The position numbers were made by a program, and so were the translations under genes. This document shows positions 28,882-38,813 of a stretch of 64,000 bases of DNA, piece after piece (within the stretch, counting starts at the first letter, position 1; every line of letters begins with the position of its first letter). The notes below the pieces were generated by a model that saw nothing but the letters and a program-made list of their open reading frames with translations, was not told where the DNA came from and did not search any database. The DNA comes from Phycisphaeraceae bacterium (lineage in GTDB: Bacteria; Planctomycetota; Phycisphaerae; Phycisphaerales; UBA1924), in the NCBI GenBank assembly GCA_020639155.1, contig JACKHF010000001.1:1963889-2027888 (forward strand), in the 5' to 3' direction.

Positions 28882-29286
28882 ATGCACGACCACGATCTCA
28901 AACGCAACCCCGGCGATGCGACCATCGATATTACCTTTGTTCTCGAAGATCCCGACAGCCTGACCGGCACAGACAAGAAGGAATGGAAGGTCAAGGGAGC
29001 CAAGGGCGAGGACCTGCTCGATATCGCCCTCCACGAGGGGATCAATATTGAGCACGCCTGTGGCGGCGTGTGCGCGTGTTCGACCTGCCACATCTACCTC
29101 GAAAAGGGAGAGGACGATGTGTGCGAATCGACTGAGGCTGAGGAGGATCGTGTCGAAGAAGCGCCGGGTATCCAGATCAACTCCCGTCTTGCGTGCCAGT
29201 GCATCATCGAAGGCGAGGGCCCGATCCAGGTGCGCGTGCCCGCGTGGAATCGCAACGCGGTGAAGGAAGTCCCGCACACACACTGA
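28882..29286 (+). CDS. [2Fe-2S] ferredoxin (adrenodoxin/Fdx type)
   Basis: CGGVCACSTCH ... C cysteine pattern, 134 aa. Confidence 0.75.
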   Translation: MHDHDLKRNPGDATIDITFVLEDPDSLTGTDKKEWKVKGAKGEDLLDIALHEGINIEHACGGVCACSTCHIYLEKGEDDVCESTEAEEDRVEEAPGIQINSRLACQCIIEGEGPIQVRVPAWNRNAVKEVPHTH

Positions 29287-29338
29287 TACTGTGGGAGAAG
29301 TCCGCGCTCATCCAGTCTGCGCGCACGAAGGAGTATGC

Positions 29339-30406
29339 ATGCAGACAACTGCTGAGTGGACGACCACAACAACACCCGCTGATGTTGCATCCAGATTGCG
29401 AAGCGCAAAGCACGTCGCGGTTGTGACACATCAAAAGCCAGACGGTGACGCGATTGGGTCCACACTCTCTGTCGTTCTGGCGCTGCAGCACGCAAACCCG
29501 CAGACGGATATCACGCTGGTATACGCAGGATCAATGCCGACGTGGGCAAGCGAGATTCTTGGCGATCAACCGTGGCTGCACATTGCTGAGGAAGGCTCGA
29601 TCAATCTGGGCAAGCGACCCGAGTTGTGCATTGTGTTTGACACGGGTACGCGCCAGCAGATCGGTGCTGACATGACACGATGGATTGAGGGTGATCCTGC
29701 AAGCACGATCATCGTCGATCATCACAAGCAGGGCGATCCCGACCTTGCGAGCGACAGAATCGTCAGCACGTCGTCCGCTGCGGTGTGCGAGGTGTCTGCG
29801 CAGATCTGTTGCGCATTGCTCAATACAAAGTCGAGCGCCGAACTTCCAAAGGATATTGCGACAGCGATCTATCTTGGGCTTGCGACCGACACAGGCTGGT
29901 TCAAGTATTCCAATGTCACGGCGACGACGCTGCATCTTGCTGCGGACCTGATCGATGCTGGCGTGGATCATGCAGCGTTGTTTGATACTGTCGAAGCGCA
30001 GGACCGGATCAATCGGTATCAGCTCATGGGACGCTCGTTCTCATCACTTGAGTCTGTCTTTGACGGGCAGGTAACGGTTCAGCGCATCACAGCTGACGAC
30101 TTTGCGCAGACGGATGCGCTCGAGAGCGAACTCAACGGATTTTCCGCGATCCCGCTGATGGTCAAGACAGCACGCGTTTCTGTACTGCTGACACAATCGC
30201 CCGCAAAGCCAAGCCAGACCAAGGTCAGCTTGCGATCAAAGCCCGGGAAATATGCCGTGGATGTGAGCGCAATTGCAAGCTCGCTCGGCGGTGGGGGGCA
30301 TGCGCGTGCTGCGGGCGCGCGTCTCGACATGCCGATCAATGAAGCGAAGCAGACAGTGCTCAACGCGATCAAGCCGCATCTTTCGTCGCTGGCATCGCAC
30401 GCATGA
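29339..30406 (+). CDS. DHH/DHHA1 phosphoesterase (NrnA-like oligoribonuclease / pAp phosphatase)
   Basis: VTHQKPDGDAIGS (DHH motif I), DHH, and a GGGH-containing DHHA1 C-terminus. AAGGAG RBS 7 nt upstream of the ATG at 29339. Confidence 0.75.
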   Translation: MQTTAEWTTTTTPADVASRLRSAKHVAVVTHQKPDGDAIGSTLSVVLALQHANPQTDITLVYAGSMPTWASEILGDQPWLHIAEEGSINLGKRPELCIVFDTGTRQQIGADMTRWIEGDPASTIIVDHHKQGDPDLASDRIVSTSSAAVCEVSAQICCALLNTKSSAELPKDIATAIYLGLATDTGWFKYSNVTATTLHLAADLIDAGVDHAALFDTVEAQDRINRYQLMGRSFSSLESVFDGQVTVQRITADDFAQTDALESELNGFSAIPLMVKTARVSVLLTQSPAKPSQTKVSLRSKPGKYAVDVSAIASSLGGGGHARAAGARLDMPINEAKQTVLNAIKPHLSSLASHA

Positions 30407-31206
30407 ACGACCAGCCAGCCAATCACAGTCGTCCGCAGCGCAGGCCCCGTCGCGGTCCTGATCGTCCGCCGCTCAATATCTTTGCGACAACGCTGTGGGA
30501 GTATCCCAGTCAGCACTACACGTCCGAGCGCACCGGCTCGACCATGCAGGGCAACAAGGACTACGCGGGCGCAACACCATCATGGGTCATCTGGCAACTG
30601 CTCCAAAGATACACGCGAAAGAACGACCTTGTTGTCGACCCAATGTGCGGATCGGGTACGACGATTGATGTTGCGCGCGATCTTGAACGCAAGGTGCTGG
30701 GATACGATCTTGCACCGAGTCGTGATGACATCTTCCGTGCAGATGCGCGCAAGATGCCTCTCGAAGATGGCAAAGCGGACTTTGTGTTTGTCGATCCGCC
30801 GTACTCAACGCACATCGATTACTCGGATGATCCGCGGTGCATCGGCAAACTCGATTCCGGCGGTGATGACAACGGGCAGGCGTACTATGACGCGATGACA
30901 AAGGTGATCGCTGAGATCGATCGCGTGCTGAAGAACCGCCGGTACATGGCACTCTACGTGTCGGACTCATGGACAAAGCGGAAGAAGAACGATCCGGGGT
31001 TTGGCTCGGGGAACTTCATGCCGATCGGGTTTGAGTTGTTCTCGATCATGCGCCAGCACTTTGTCCCGGTGGACATCATCGCGGTGGTGCGTCACAACCA
31101 GAAGCTTGCCAAGGGAAACTGGAAAAAGACAGCAATCGAGAGCAACTTCTTCCTGCGAGGGTTCAACTACCTGTTCATCATGAAGAAAGATGCACGAGGC
31201 ATCTGA
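30403..31206 (+). CDS. DNA methyltransferase, N6_N4-Mtase-like with permuted motif order (SAM-binding DPMCGSGTT before DPPY)
   Basis: ATPSWVIWQLLQRYTRKNDLVVDPMCGSGTTIDVARDLERKVLGYDL resembles the C-terminal HPTQKP...DPFxGSGTT...GRxxiGiE block of N4/N6 DNA MTases. A catalytic DPPY motif follows at about residue 133. The start overlaps the DHH stop (ATGA). Confidence 0.55.
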   Translation: MNDQPANHSRPQRRPRRGPDRPPLNIFATTLWEYPSQHYTSERTGSTMQGNKDYAGATPSWVIWQLLQRYTRKNDLVVDPMCGSGTTIDVARDLERKVLGYDLAPSRDDIFRADARKMPLEDGKADFVFVDPPYSTHIDYSDDPRCIGKLDSGGDDNGQAYYDAMTKVIAEIDRVLKNRRYMALYVSDSWTKRKKNDPGFGSGNFMPIGFELFSIMRQHFVPVDIIAVVRHNQKLAKGNWKKTAIESNFFLRGFNYLFIMKKDARGI

Positions 31207-31211
31207 GCAGA

Positions 31212-32804
31212 TCATGGCCGCTCTGACTTTTCAACCATCGAATCCAGCATGGTGCCAATGAGCGCAGTGGTCTCGCCGCCACCAAGCCCGTTGCTGTCAT
31301 TTCCGCTCACCATCACGCGCGGTGTGATCTGGATGCCCTGCTCACCGACAATCTTCAACACCTCGATCAGTGCAGCATTTGTTTTGCCGATCTGTTCTGC
31401 GATCTGCTTGTATGCGTCGGCTTGTGCAAGCGCACGGATCTTGATCGCTTCCGCTTCTGCGCCCGCTTCGAGTATCAGCTTTGCCTTGTTTTCCTCGGCA
31501 ATTTGGACCTCATACTTTGCGGTTGCGAGGCGTTTTTCTTCCTCGGCTTCCTGCTCGGTGCGCGTCAGTTCCTTCTTCTGCTCTGCAGCACGTTGCTGTT
31601 CCTGATACGTTTCCTGCTCCTGCAGTGCGATTTCTCGATCGGTCTGTGTTTTCAGCAGGTTCTGCCAGCGTTCCGAGTCATCGCCAAGATCGGCGATCAG
31701 CACCGCGTTGATCGTGATCCCATAGGGTTCCATCTCCTTTTTCAGCATTTCGAGCGATCGGGATTCCTGCTGCACGCGCTGCTGCACGTAATCGAGTGCC
31801 TTCACGTCCTGTGCGTTGTTGCGGAAGATCGAACGCACCGATGCCTGAAGCACGCGGAGCATGTTCTCGTCGTCGTCCTGCAGTCTCGCAACGACCATGG
31901 ATGCGCTGTCCTGCTCGATCTTGTATCTCACACGCACATCAACCGGGAACTCGAACGCGTCGCTCGTGCGCACGGTGATCTCGCGATCCATCTCGTCTGT
32001 TGATTCGGATGCGCTCTTGGTAAAGTCTGCGATTGACTCACGCGTTGTTACCATTGTGATCTCGTACGCTTTAGTATTGATGTTGTACTTGCCCGGCGTG
32101 AGCACTTCCTTCCAGATGCCTTTGAACTGTCTTTCTACAAGCAGTGGCTGCTTTCCGTCGATCAGCGGTGGTTCAGTGCCAACATTGCTCTTCACAACAC
32201 CCACAGTTGCGCGCTCGATGTTTGTGACGGTGATCATCTCAACATTGAACAGTTTCGTGTTGATGCGATACTCCCCCGGTGCGAGTACGGTTGTTTGCGG
32301 TCCCTTGTGCCCTTTGCCGTCAGTCAGGAAATATTCAGCATCCTGAGCCATGCGTTTGATCTCATCATCTGTGCCTTTCCATTCTGGTGCGTAGACCGCG
32401 TTTGGTGGGAGTGGCAAACCGTCCTTCGCAGTTAGAATACCGACATAGCCTTCACTGATTTCCGTCACAGGAACATAATCGATGTCAAAGATGACTGGCC
32501 ACATCCACAGATGCCAGCCGGGGGGGAGGACGCGCGCCTGCGGACCCATTTCGCCGTTCGTTGCGATGATTTTGCCCGCGGGCAGTTTCGCACCAAGCGC
32601 ATTCTTGACGACAATGCCAACCTGATTGGAGCGAACGTATCTGAACGAACTGAAGACAATGCCAGCGATCAGTGCGACCAGAGCAAGCCCAGCAGCTCCG
32701 GCCTTGAGTTCTTTGGAAGGAATCTTGGGGAGTGTTGACAGCAGACCCAGTGCGACCATGATGCCGATTGCAAGAAAAATGATTGACATGTGCTCTCCTC
32801 TCAC
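31212..32804 (-). CDS. SPFH/band-7 (flotillin / YqiK-like) membrane protein
   Basis: N-terminal TM pair, an SPFH core (VRSNQVGIVVKN...), and a long EA-rich coiled-coil C-terminus. Confidence 0.75.
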   Translation of the reverse strand: MRGEHMSIIFLAIGIMVALGLLSTLPKIPSKELKAGAAGLALVALIAGIVFSSFRYVRSNQVGIVVKNALGAKLPAGKIIATNGEMGPQARVLPPGWHLWMWPVIFDIDYVPVTEISEGYVGILTAKDGLPLPPNAVYAPEWKGTDDEIKRMAQDAEYFLTDGKGHKGPQTTVLAPGEYRINTKLFNVEMITVTNIERATVGVVKSNVGTEPPLIDGKQPLLVERQFKGIWKEVLTPGKYNINTKAYEITMVTTRESIADFTKSASESTDEMDREITVRTSDAFEFPVDVRVRYKIEQDSASMVVARLQDDDENMLRVLQASVRSIFRNNAQDVKALDYVQQRVQQESRSLEMLKKEMEPYGITINAVLIADLGDDSERWQNLLKTQTDREIALQEQETYQEQQRAAEQKKELTRTEQEAEEEKRLATAKYEVQIAEENKAKLILEAGAEAEAIKIRALAQADAYKQIAEQIGKTNAALIEVLKIVGEQGIQITPRVMVSGNDSNGLGGGETTALIGTMLDSMVEKSERP

Positions 32805-32913
32805 GCGAAACTGCAGGATCCGCTGCGATATTGGGAAACACAGCGTTCGACTTTCAGGGTTTGTGCGGGCTAACGTCCTGCACCGAATCCATGTCTCCTC
32901 CCATTATCGTTGA

Positions 32914-34731
32914 GTGATTGGTTTCCGCATGAATCAGACGCAGCCACAAACAGTCCAGTCACCACTCGCCCAAGCCGTTGCCGAGGTTGTTGCGACAGAA
33001 GACATAATCCGCCAGGGCGGCGGTGCGAAAGCGGTCGAGCGTCAGCACGCAAAGAACAGACTGACTGCGCGAGAACGGGTTGGGAAGCTCATTGATGCGG
33101 ATACCTCGTTTACAGAACTTGGTCTGTGGTCAGCCTTTGGTATGTACAAGGAGCACGGCGGCGCGCCAGCAGCAGGTGTTGTGACCGGCGTGGGCGAGAT
33201 CGATGGACACCAGTGCATGATCATTGCCAACGATGCGACGGTCAAAGCCGGCGCGTTCTTCCCAATGACATGCAAGAAGATCATCCGCGCTCAGCACATC
33301 GCGCGCAACGCGCGATTACCACTGGTGTATCTTGTTGATTCTGCTGGCGTGTTTCTGCCCATGCAGGAGGATGTGTTCCCGGATGCCGACGACTTCGGTC
33401 GTATCTTCTATCTCAACTCCGTTATCAGCGCGGAAGGCATTCCACAGATCGCTGCGATCATGGGATACTGCGTCGCTGGTGGCGGGTATCTCCCTGTGCT
33501 GTGCGACAATCTCATCATGACAGAGGGTTCGGGGCTGTACCTTGCCGGACCAGCACTCGTGAAAGCAGCCATTGGTCAGGATGTGACCGATGAGGAACTC
33601 GGCGGCGCAACCATGCACGCGCAGATCTCCGGCACGATTGACTACAAGGAACCCGACGACGATCACGCGATCGATCGCGTGCGTGCGCTCGTTGGCAAGT
33701 TGTCTCCGTATCAGGTTGCAGGAACGCAGCGATCCTGGGCGCAGCCGGAACAGTCTGAGGCGGAAACGGAACTCGCTGATGAGTTCGCAAAACGTATGAA
33801 GGAACGTATGTTGCGAGCAGCTGAGACGGACTCGAAAGAGTTGGTTGTTGAAGAGCAGCCGTTCCGTGATCCCAGCGACGTGTACGACATTTTCACGGAC
33901 AAGCCCGGTACCCAGTACGACGTGAAGGACATCATTTCGTGTCTTGTAGATGCTCGCGCAGTGCGCAATGACGAAGGGTTCAAATCGCTCGCGCCTGACT
34001 TTGACGAGTACAAGGAGGACTACGGACGTTCATTGGTGTGCGGGTATGCGCGCATCGATGGGCATGTGTGTGGGATCGTTGCGAATCAGGGCAAGCTGAC
34101 CGAGCGTGTGATGCCTGGCGGAAAGGCTGGCCCGAGCAAATCGACGAATATGCCACGCGTTATTTACGACGACTCGGCGGACAAAGCAGCACGGTTTATC
34201 ATGGACTGCAACCAGAAGCGCGTGCCCATCGTGTTCCTGCACGACACGAACGGATTCATGGTCGGGCGGGACTCAGAACAGGGAGGCATCATCCGCGCTG
34301 GTGCGAAACTGGTCAACGCGGTGAGCAACTGCGTCGTGCCAAAGATCGTTGTCGTGCTTGGTGGGTCGTATGGCGCGGGCCACTACGCGATGTGCGGGCG
34401 CGCGTTTGAGCCCTTTGTCACGCTTGCGTGGCCCGGCGCGAAGTACGCAGTGATGGGTGCAAATCAGGCGACCGGCACGCTCGCCATGATCGAGGAACGA
34501 TCGCGCGAGCGCGCAGGGGAAAAAATAGACGAAGATGTCCACAAGCAGATTCTCGCCGCGGTCCATGCCAGCTACACCGAGCAGCAGGACATTCGATACG
34601 CAGCTGCGCGTGGATGGGTCGATCGCATCATCAAGCCCGAGGACACTCGCAGAGAACTGGGTGTTGCCCTTGATATGACCACGCATTGGGACTGGTCAAA
34701 GCAGTTCTGCACAGGCGTGTTGCAGGTGTAA
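32914..34731 (+). CDS. Acyl-CoA carboxylase carboxyltransferase (beta) subunit (propionyl-/methylcrotonyl-CoA carboxylase family)
   Basis: Duplicated carboxyltransferase domain and characteristic N-terminus (RLTARERVGKLIDADTSFTELG), 605 aa. Confidence 0.85.
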   Translation: MIGFRMNQTQPQTVQSPLAQAVAEVVATEDIIRQGGGAKAVERQHAKNRLTARERVGKLIDADTSFTELGLWSAFGMYKEHGGAPAAGVVTGVGEIDGHQCMIIANDATVKAGAFFPMTCKKIIRAQHIARNARLPLVYLVDSAGVFLPMQEDVFPDADDFGRIFYLNSVISAEGIPQIAAIMGYCVAGGGYLPVLCDNLIMTEGSGLYLAGPALVKAAIGQDVTDEELGGATMHAQISGTIDYKEPDDDHAIDRVRALVGKLSPYQVAGTQRSWAQPEQSEAETELADEFAKRMKERMLRAAETDSKELVVEEQPFRDPSDVYDIFTDKPGTQYDVKDIISCLVDARAVRNDEGFKSLAPDFDEYKEDYGRSLVCGYARIDGHVCGIVANQGKLTERVMPGGKAGPSKSTNMPRVIYDDSADKAARFIMDCNQKRVPIVFLHDTNGFMVGRDSEQGGIIRAGAKLVNAVSNCVVPKIVVVLGGSYGAGHYAMCGRAFEPFVTLAWPGAKYAVMGANQATGTLAMIEERSRERAGEKIDEDVHKQILAAVHASYTEQQDIRYAAARGWVDRIIKPEDTRRELGVALDMTTHWDWSKQFCTGVLQV

Positions 34732-34740
34732 CGTCTTTGA

Positions 34741-35193
34741 TCAGTTGCCGATAGAAACAACATATGCTAGACGCCCGGATTGGATTTCAATGCCGCCGGA
34801 TGACGTCGGCTCACCATACATGTCAAACGTGATGTAGTCACCACCCGCGATAGAAACGCGGGTGATCTCAGCGTTGTAAGGTGGATCATCCAGGGACACA
34901 GATTCCATGCTGGAGGCATCACTCACGTCGCCAAACTCACCCTGATACATGCGATAGCGCGTGCCCGGATTATCGAACACAATAGTCCACGAGGTGCCGG
35001 TTGCTCTCGCAAGTCGCTTGATGCGTTCAATGTCAGCAACAACACGATCGTACGCGGACGAAGCGCGATACCGCTCAAGTGCGAACCCGTATCGAGGGAG
35101 AGCGATTGCTGCAATAGTACCAATGATTGCTAGCACCACCACCACCTCAACGAGGCTGAACGCAGCATAACAACGTGATCTGTTGCGTTCCAT
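34741..35193 (-). CDS. Prepilin-type N-terminal cleavage/methylation domain protein (pilin/pseudopilin)
   Basis: AAFSLVEVVVVLAIIGTIAAIALP class III signal/N-methylation motif. Start at MERNRS. Confidence 0.6.
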   Translation of the reverse strand: MERNRSRCYAAFSLVEVVVVLAIIGTIAAIALPRYGFALERYRASSAYDRVVADIERIKRLARATGTSWTIVFDNPGTRYRMYQGEFGDVSDASSMESVSLDDPPYNAEITRVSIAGGDYITFDMYGEPTSSGGIEIQSGRLAYVVSIGN

Positions 35194-35293
35194 TGCGCGC
35201 ACTCCTTGTGCACACCAGGTGGACTTCAAAGGAAACACGCCCCGCGCGGTCAAGCTGCGGAGCATGTGCGATCATAAGGGGAGCATATTGAGA

Positions 35294-35776
35294 TTAATAC
35301 GCGTTGTACTTGGTGCCGTCCTGATCTGTGTCAGCGTCCGGCGATCCAGCAATAACCTTGCCTGTTGACGCGTCGTACACCCAGCCCGAGGTTGCCGACT
35401 GAGCAGCTTCAACAGCGCTCAAACCCTTGTTTGTTCCGACTGGAAGAGTGGGAATCTCGGTAAGATACGGACCGTAGATTCGACCTGTTGCTGCATCAAA
35501 CGCATCATTTGCATCGGTGCCATCAATCTTTGTGTACTTTGTCATCTGATCGACAAAGCTTGCCAGTGTAGGAAGCCTGCCCTCATGCTCTGCGCGATAG
35601 AGTTCGATTGCGCTGCGGAGCACCTGCAAATCACCGCGAAGCGCAACACCACCTGCGTTGTTCGCACCACGTGACATGCGCGGGATCGCGATAGCTGCGA
35701 TGACGCCAATGATAACGAGCACCACAACGAGTTCGATCAGACTGAATGCTCTGTTCTTGCGAATGCGATGGAACAT
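35294..35776 (-). CDS. Type IV pilin / GspG-like pseudopilin
   Basis: RAFSLIELVVVLVIIGVIAAIAIPRM prepilin leader and N-terminal helix, 160 aa. Confidence 0.7.
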   Translation of the reverse strand: MFHRIRKNRAFSLIELVVVLVIIGVIAAIAIPRMSRGANNAGGVALRGDLQVLRSAIELYRAEHEGRLPTLASFVDQMTKYTKIDGTDANDAFDAATGRIYGPYLTEIPTLPVGTNKGLSAVEAAQSATSGWVYDASTGKVIAGSPDADTDQDGTKYNAY

Positions 35777-35955
35777 GCCACTATCCCCGTATGTAACTCA
35801 TGCGATCGCAGCTGATTTGCTGCTTCGTGGCACAAGCACCTCCTGCTCGTGCTGACGAGAGATACATCGGATCATTTCTGCGGTATATTCAGTCGGTAAC
35901 GCACGAAACTTGTGTTTTTTCAGCAAATGATACCTGTCGCGACTATCCCGCTCGA

Positions 35956-36558
35956 TCATGGGATCGGGTCGAGATACAGCGTTATCACACGGTCTTCGAG
36001 AGCAAAGTGAGCGCTGCGTCCATCGACGTCAAGTAGTGTTGCACCATTGACTTGCTGACCCATCCGGACCGGTTCGCCATTGATCACAGCGTACGGATGA
36101 CCGGAAGCTTCAAGCACTGCTGTCAGATGATGTCGCGCAATAAATGCATTTGCATCATCGGTTTGTTCGTTCTCGGATGTGACATACGCAACCGGTTTCC
36201 ATGCATACGGCATGGAAAATCCGTCTGGTGAAGGTATGTCATTCATGCTGTCAGTGACGGAAGCCAGAGCAGAACCAATCCGATCGTTCAGATCTGATGC
36301 TCTTGATGACTGCAGCTGCAACTGGTCCATGAACGCTGCCTGATCTGCAAGCAACGCGAGATCCAGCCCAGAACCTGTCTCTGAAGCATGTGCCGATGCT
36401 GGCCCCGAGCTGAGGACAGACGATCCCAGAAAAACACGATCAACGAGCAGTGCCCCTGCGCACACCGCGATGATGCCGATCGCACGACGTTGCCTCCGGT
36501 CGATTTTCATACCCACACGGGCAATTTGCTTCAGGTGGATGCAAGCGGTCAGGCGCAA
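35956..36558 (-). CDS. Hypothetical PilP/GspC-like pilus assembly protein
   Basis: Single N-terminal TM and a C-terminal beta-rich segment. It is the gene immediately after pilMNO in the operon. Confidence 0.35.
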   Translation of the reverse strand: MRLTACIHLKQIARVGMKIDRRQRRAIGIIAVCAGALLVDRVFLGSSVLSSGPASAHASETGSGLDLALLADQAAFMDQLQLQSSRASDLNDRIGSALASVTDSMNDIPSPDGFSMPYAWKPVAYVTSENEQTDDANAFIARHHLTAVLEASGHPYAVINGEPVRMGQQVNGATLLDVDGRSAHFALEDRVITLYLDPIP

Positions 36559-37146
36559 CTATCGCGTTGTATGTTCCGGTTGTATGGTGTGAGCAACGTG
36601 CCACGACATGTCGAGCACGATACTGGCTTCACCATCTGAAGCACTCTGGATGCTTTGAAGCGAGAATGTTCGAATACCAACGTCCGGGAATGCGGCATGG
36701 ATAGAACGGACGAACGCGCTGAACGATGCGTATGTTCCTGTCGCTTCAAGTGATATCGGAGCAGTATTATGTTTTTCACCGATAACTGTCTCGCCCGGAG
36801 TCAGCTTATTGATCCGGACTTGTGATGCTTCTGCAAGTTCAGCGATCTCAGCAAAGCGCTGATTCTGGTACTCGATTGTGTGAAGCTGGACAGCTGCCTG
36901 ATCTACTTCGTTCACACTTGTCTGCAACTGGCTTGCGATCCTTGCCTGATTGGTGGCAATAATCTGCTCACGCTCTTTGGCCTCGTGCAGCAACCTGCCG
37001 AGCTCTTCACGTTCGTTCTCCATGTTGATGACTGGAGCAACGCCGAAGACATACCCAGCGGATGTCAAACTGATCACTACAACGAGGCCAATCGAATGGA
37101 TCAGCCACCAGCGTGATTCATGAGCAATGGACTTGCCTCGAAACAT
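36559..37146 (-). CDS. PilO-like type IV pilus assembly protein
   Basis: N-terminal TM, a coiled-coil, a C-terminal alpha/beta domain. Positioned after the PilN-like gene. Confidence 0.5.
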   Translation of the reverse strand: MFRGKSIAHESRWWLIHSIGLVVVISLTSAGYVFGVAPVINMENEREELGRLLHEAKEREQIIATNQARIASQLQTSVNEVDQAAVQLHTIEYQNQRFAEIAELAEASQVRINKLTPGETVIGEKHNTAPISLEATGTYASFSAFVRSIHAAFPDVGIRTFSLQSIQSASDGEASIVLDMSWHVAHTIQPEHTTR

Positions 37147-37149
37147 CGG

Positions 37150-37749
37150 TTATCCCCGCAACTCACACGTGATGGTAAATGTTGATGCGCTGGTGTTCTG
37201 GACCATGCTTCTGCTTGTGCCGTTCAACGTCACGCGCTGGAAGATCCCGCTCTTCTCAAGCTTCAGTACAAATCCTGTAACATCGGTCGGTGCCAGCCCG
37301 GCACCGTCAAGCTCCAGCACATACACATCCTGCGTGCGTGTACTGTTGGCGGCCGTCTCCTTCGATTTGGGGTCGTGTGCTTCGAGCGGATCAACCCGAA
37401 CACCGCGCAGCACAACCCGATCCCCCTTGATTCGTGCCAGATAATCCAGCAGCAGGCTCCAGTCCGGCTGATCACCGATTTCGCGGAGAAGATTCAGCTT
37501 TGCTTCTGCCTGCTTGAGCTGTGCGATCGCATCTTCAAGGCGCTGTGATTCCTTCCTGGCGCTCGCTTCAGTATCGTCGATAGCCTTGCATACGCGGGCC
37601 TGATCGTCCTGTCGATAGGAGTATCCAGCACCTGACACAGATGCGACAACGATGGTGTACGCAATACCAACAGAGATCCAGAACCGTGTGCGAATACGGC
37701 GTTCGCGCGATTCAATGCGAATCTTTGGTACAAGATTGATGCCGCTCAT
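37150..37749 (-). CDS. pilN: PilN-like type IV pilus assembly protein
   Basis: N-terminal INLVP (the INLLP-like PilN motif), a TM and a coiled-coil. Confidence 0.6.
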   Translation of the reverse strand: MSGINLVPKIRIESRERRIRTRFWISVGIAYTIVVASVSGAGYSYRQDDQARVCKAIDDTEASARKESQRLEDAIAQLKQAEAKLNLLREIGDQPDWSLLLDYLARIKGDRVVLRGVRVDPLEAHDPKSKETAANSTRTQDVYVLELDGAGLAPTDVTGFVLKLEKSGIFQRVTLNGTSRSMVQNTSASTFTITCELRG

Positions 37750-38813
37750 GCTTCAAGCTCCACGAGTGCCATACCCAGCGCGGTAATGTACTCATCCGCA
37801 CATCCTGATTTCAGATCAAACCCATCGGCGGAAATGAGATCACATGTACTAACCATCTTCACTTCAACGTCCAGTGCCTGATGGATATGTTGTGCAAACC
37901 CCATGATGTTGCTGCCGCAGCCAATCATGACAACACTGCCGGGACGTGTGTTTGTGATCTGATGTGTTGCATATCCGAACGCACTGCGCAGATCGTCTGT
38001 TAGCATTCTTGTATGCGTGTTCACAAGAGGTTTGATCTCCGATTTCCATATCCGCTGAGATACGGGGTCCGCGCTTTCCTCCGGCGGATGCATCAGCAGA
38101 TAACGTGCTGCATCGATGTCAACACCCATGCGGCTTGCGATAATGCGAGACTGCCTGTCAAGCCCTTTCTCAGGCATCGCGCGTTCGTACACAACAATCC
38201 CGTCGTGCACAAAGGTGAGCCGAGCAATCGACCACCGAAGGTCAACAATCGCATGGACCAGCGTGCTGTCGAGATCGAGTCTGCCACACGCGCGCACATC
38301 TGCCCAGGATTCTGTGTCTGCTCTTACGACGTCCAACCCACAGATCTCAAACTGATCAAGCATTTCGTTCAGTGGATCGATGATGCATGCGACAGCAACA
38401 ACGCTCGATCGTTCACGTGCTCGGCGTGAATGTGGCAGCGACCAGCATCGGGATTCAAAGCTGCCCTGTTCAAGACTGTGCAAGCGAGCCATTTCCATTG
38501 AGGCGAGACGCTCGATCGGTGCGCCAGATCCTTGTGGTGGGAGATCAAGCATATCGACTTTGAGCATCTCGCGGGGCAGCGCGATGCTGACACGTCTGCC
38601 ATTCAACCCCCAACGGTCGAACGCACGCGCGAGATCGGCAATATCTGATTCTGACGGTATTGGGCCGTCCGATCGTCTCGGTATAACTCCGCAGCCGGAC
38701 ACGAATGTTCTGCGAGTGCCAGATGCGACCTGCACAACGCGGATGCGTTCGCGTCCGATGTGGACACCGACTGGCGAGACAGCTTTAACGAGTGTTCTCT
38801 GCATGGGTGTCAC
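37746..38813 (-). CDS. pilM: PilM-like actin-fold pilus assembly ATPase-like protein
   Basis: 355 aa, actin/FtsA-like fold signatures. Its stop overlaps the pilN start. Confidence 0.6.
   Translation of the reverse strand: MTPMQRTLVKAVSPVGVHIGRERIRVVQVASGTRRTFVSGCGVIPRRSDGPIPSESDIADLARAFDRWGLNGRRVSIALPREMLKVDMLDLPPQGSGAPIERLASMEMARLHSLEQGSFESRCWSLPHSRRARERSSVVAVACIIDPLNEMLDQFEICGLDVVRADTESWADVRACGRLDLDSTLVHAIVDLRWSIARLTFVHDGIVVYERAMPEKGLDRQSRIIASRMGVDIDAARYLLMHPPEESADPVSQRIWKSEIKPLVNTHTRMLTDDLRSAFGYATHQITNTRPGSVVMIGCGSNIMGFAQHIHQALDVEVKMVSTCDLISADGFDLKSGCADEYITALGMALVELEA

Noticed and set aside
31212-32804. Considered whether the SPFH/flotillin gene plus the adjacent methyltransferase constitutes a defence pair
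   Set aside because: The genes are convergent (opposite strands, 5-bp gap), so they are not co-transcribed. SPFH proteins are common housekeeping membrane scaffolds. There is no supporting nuclease or effector.
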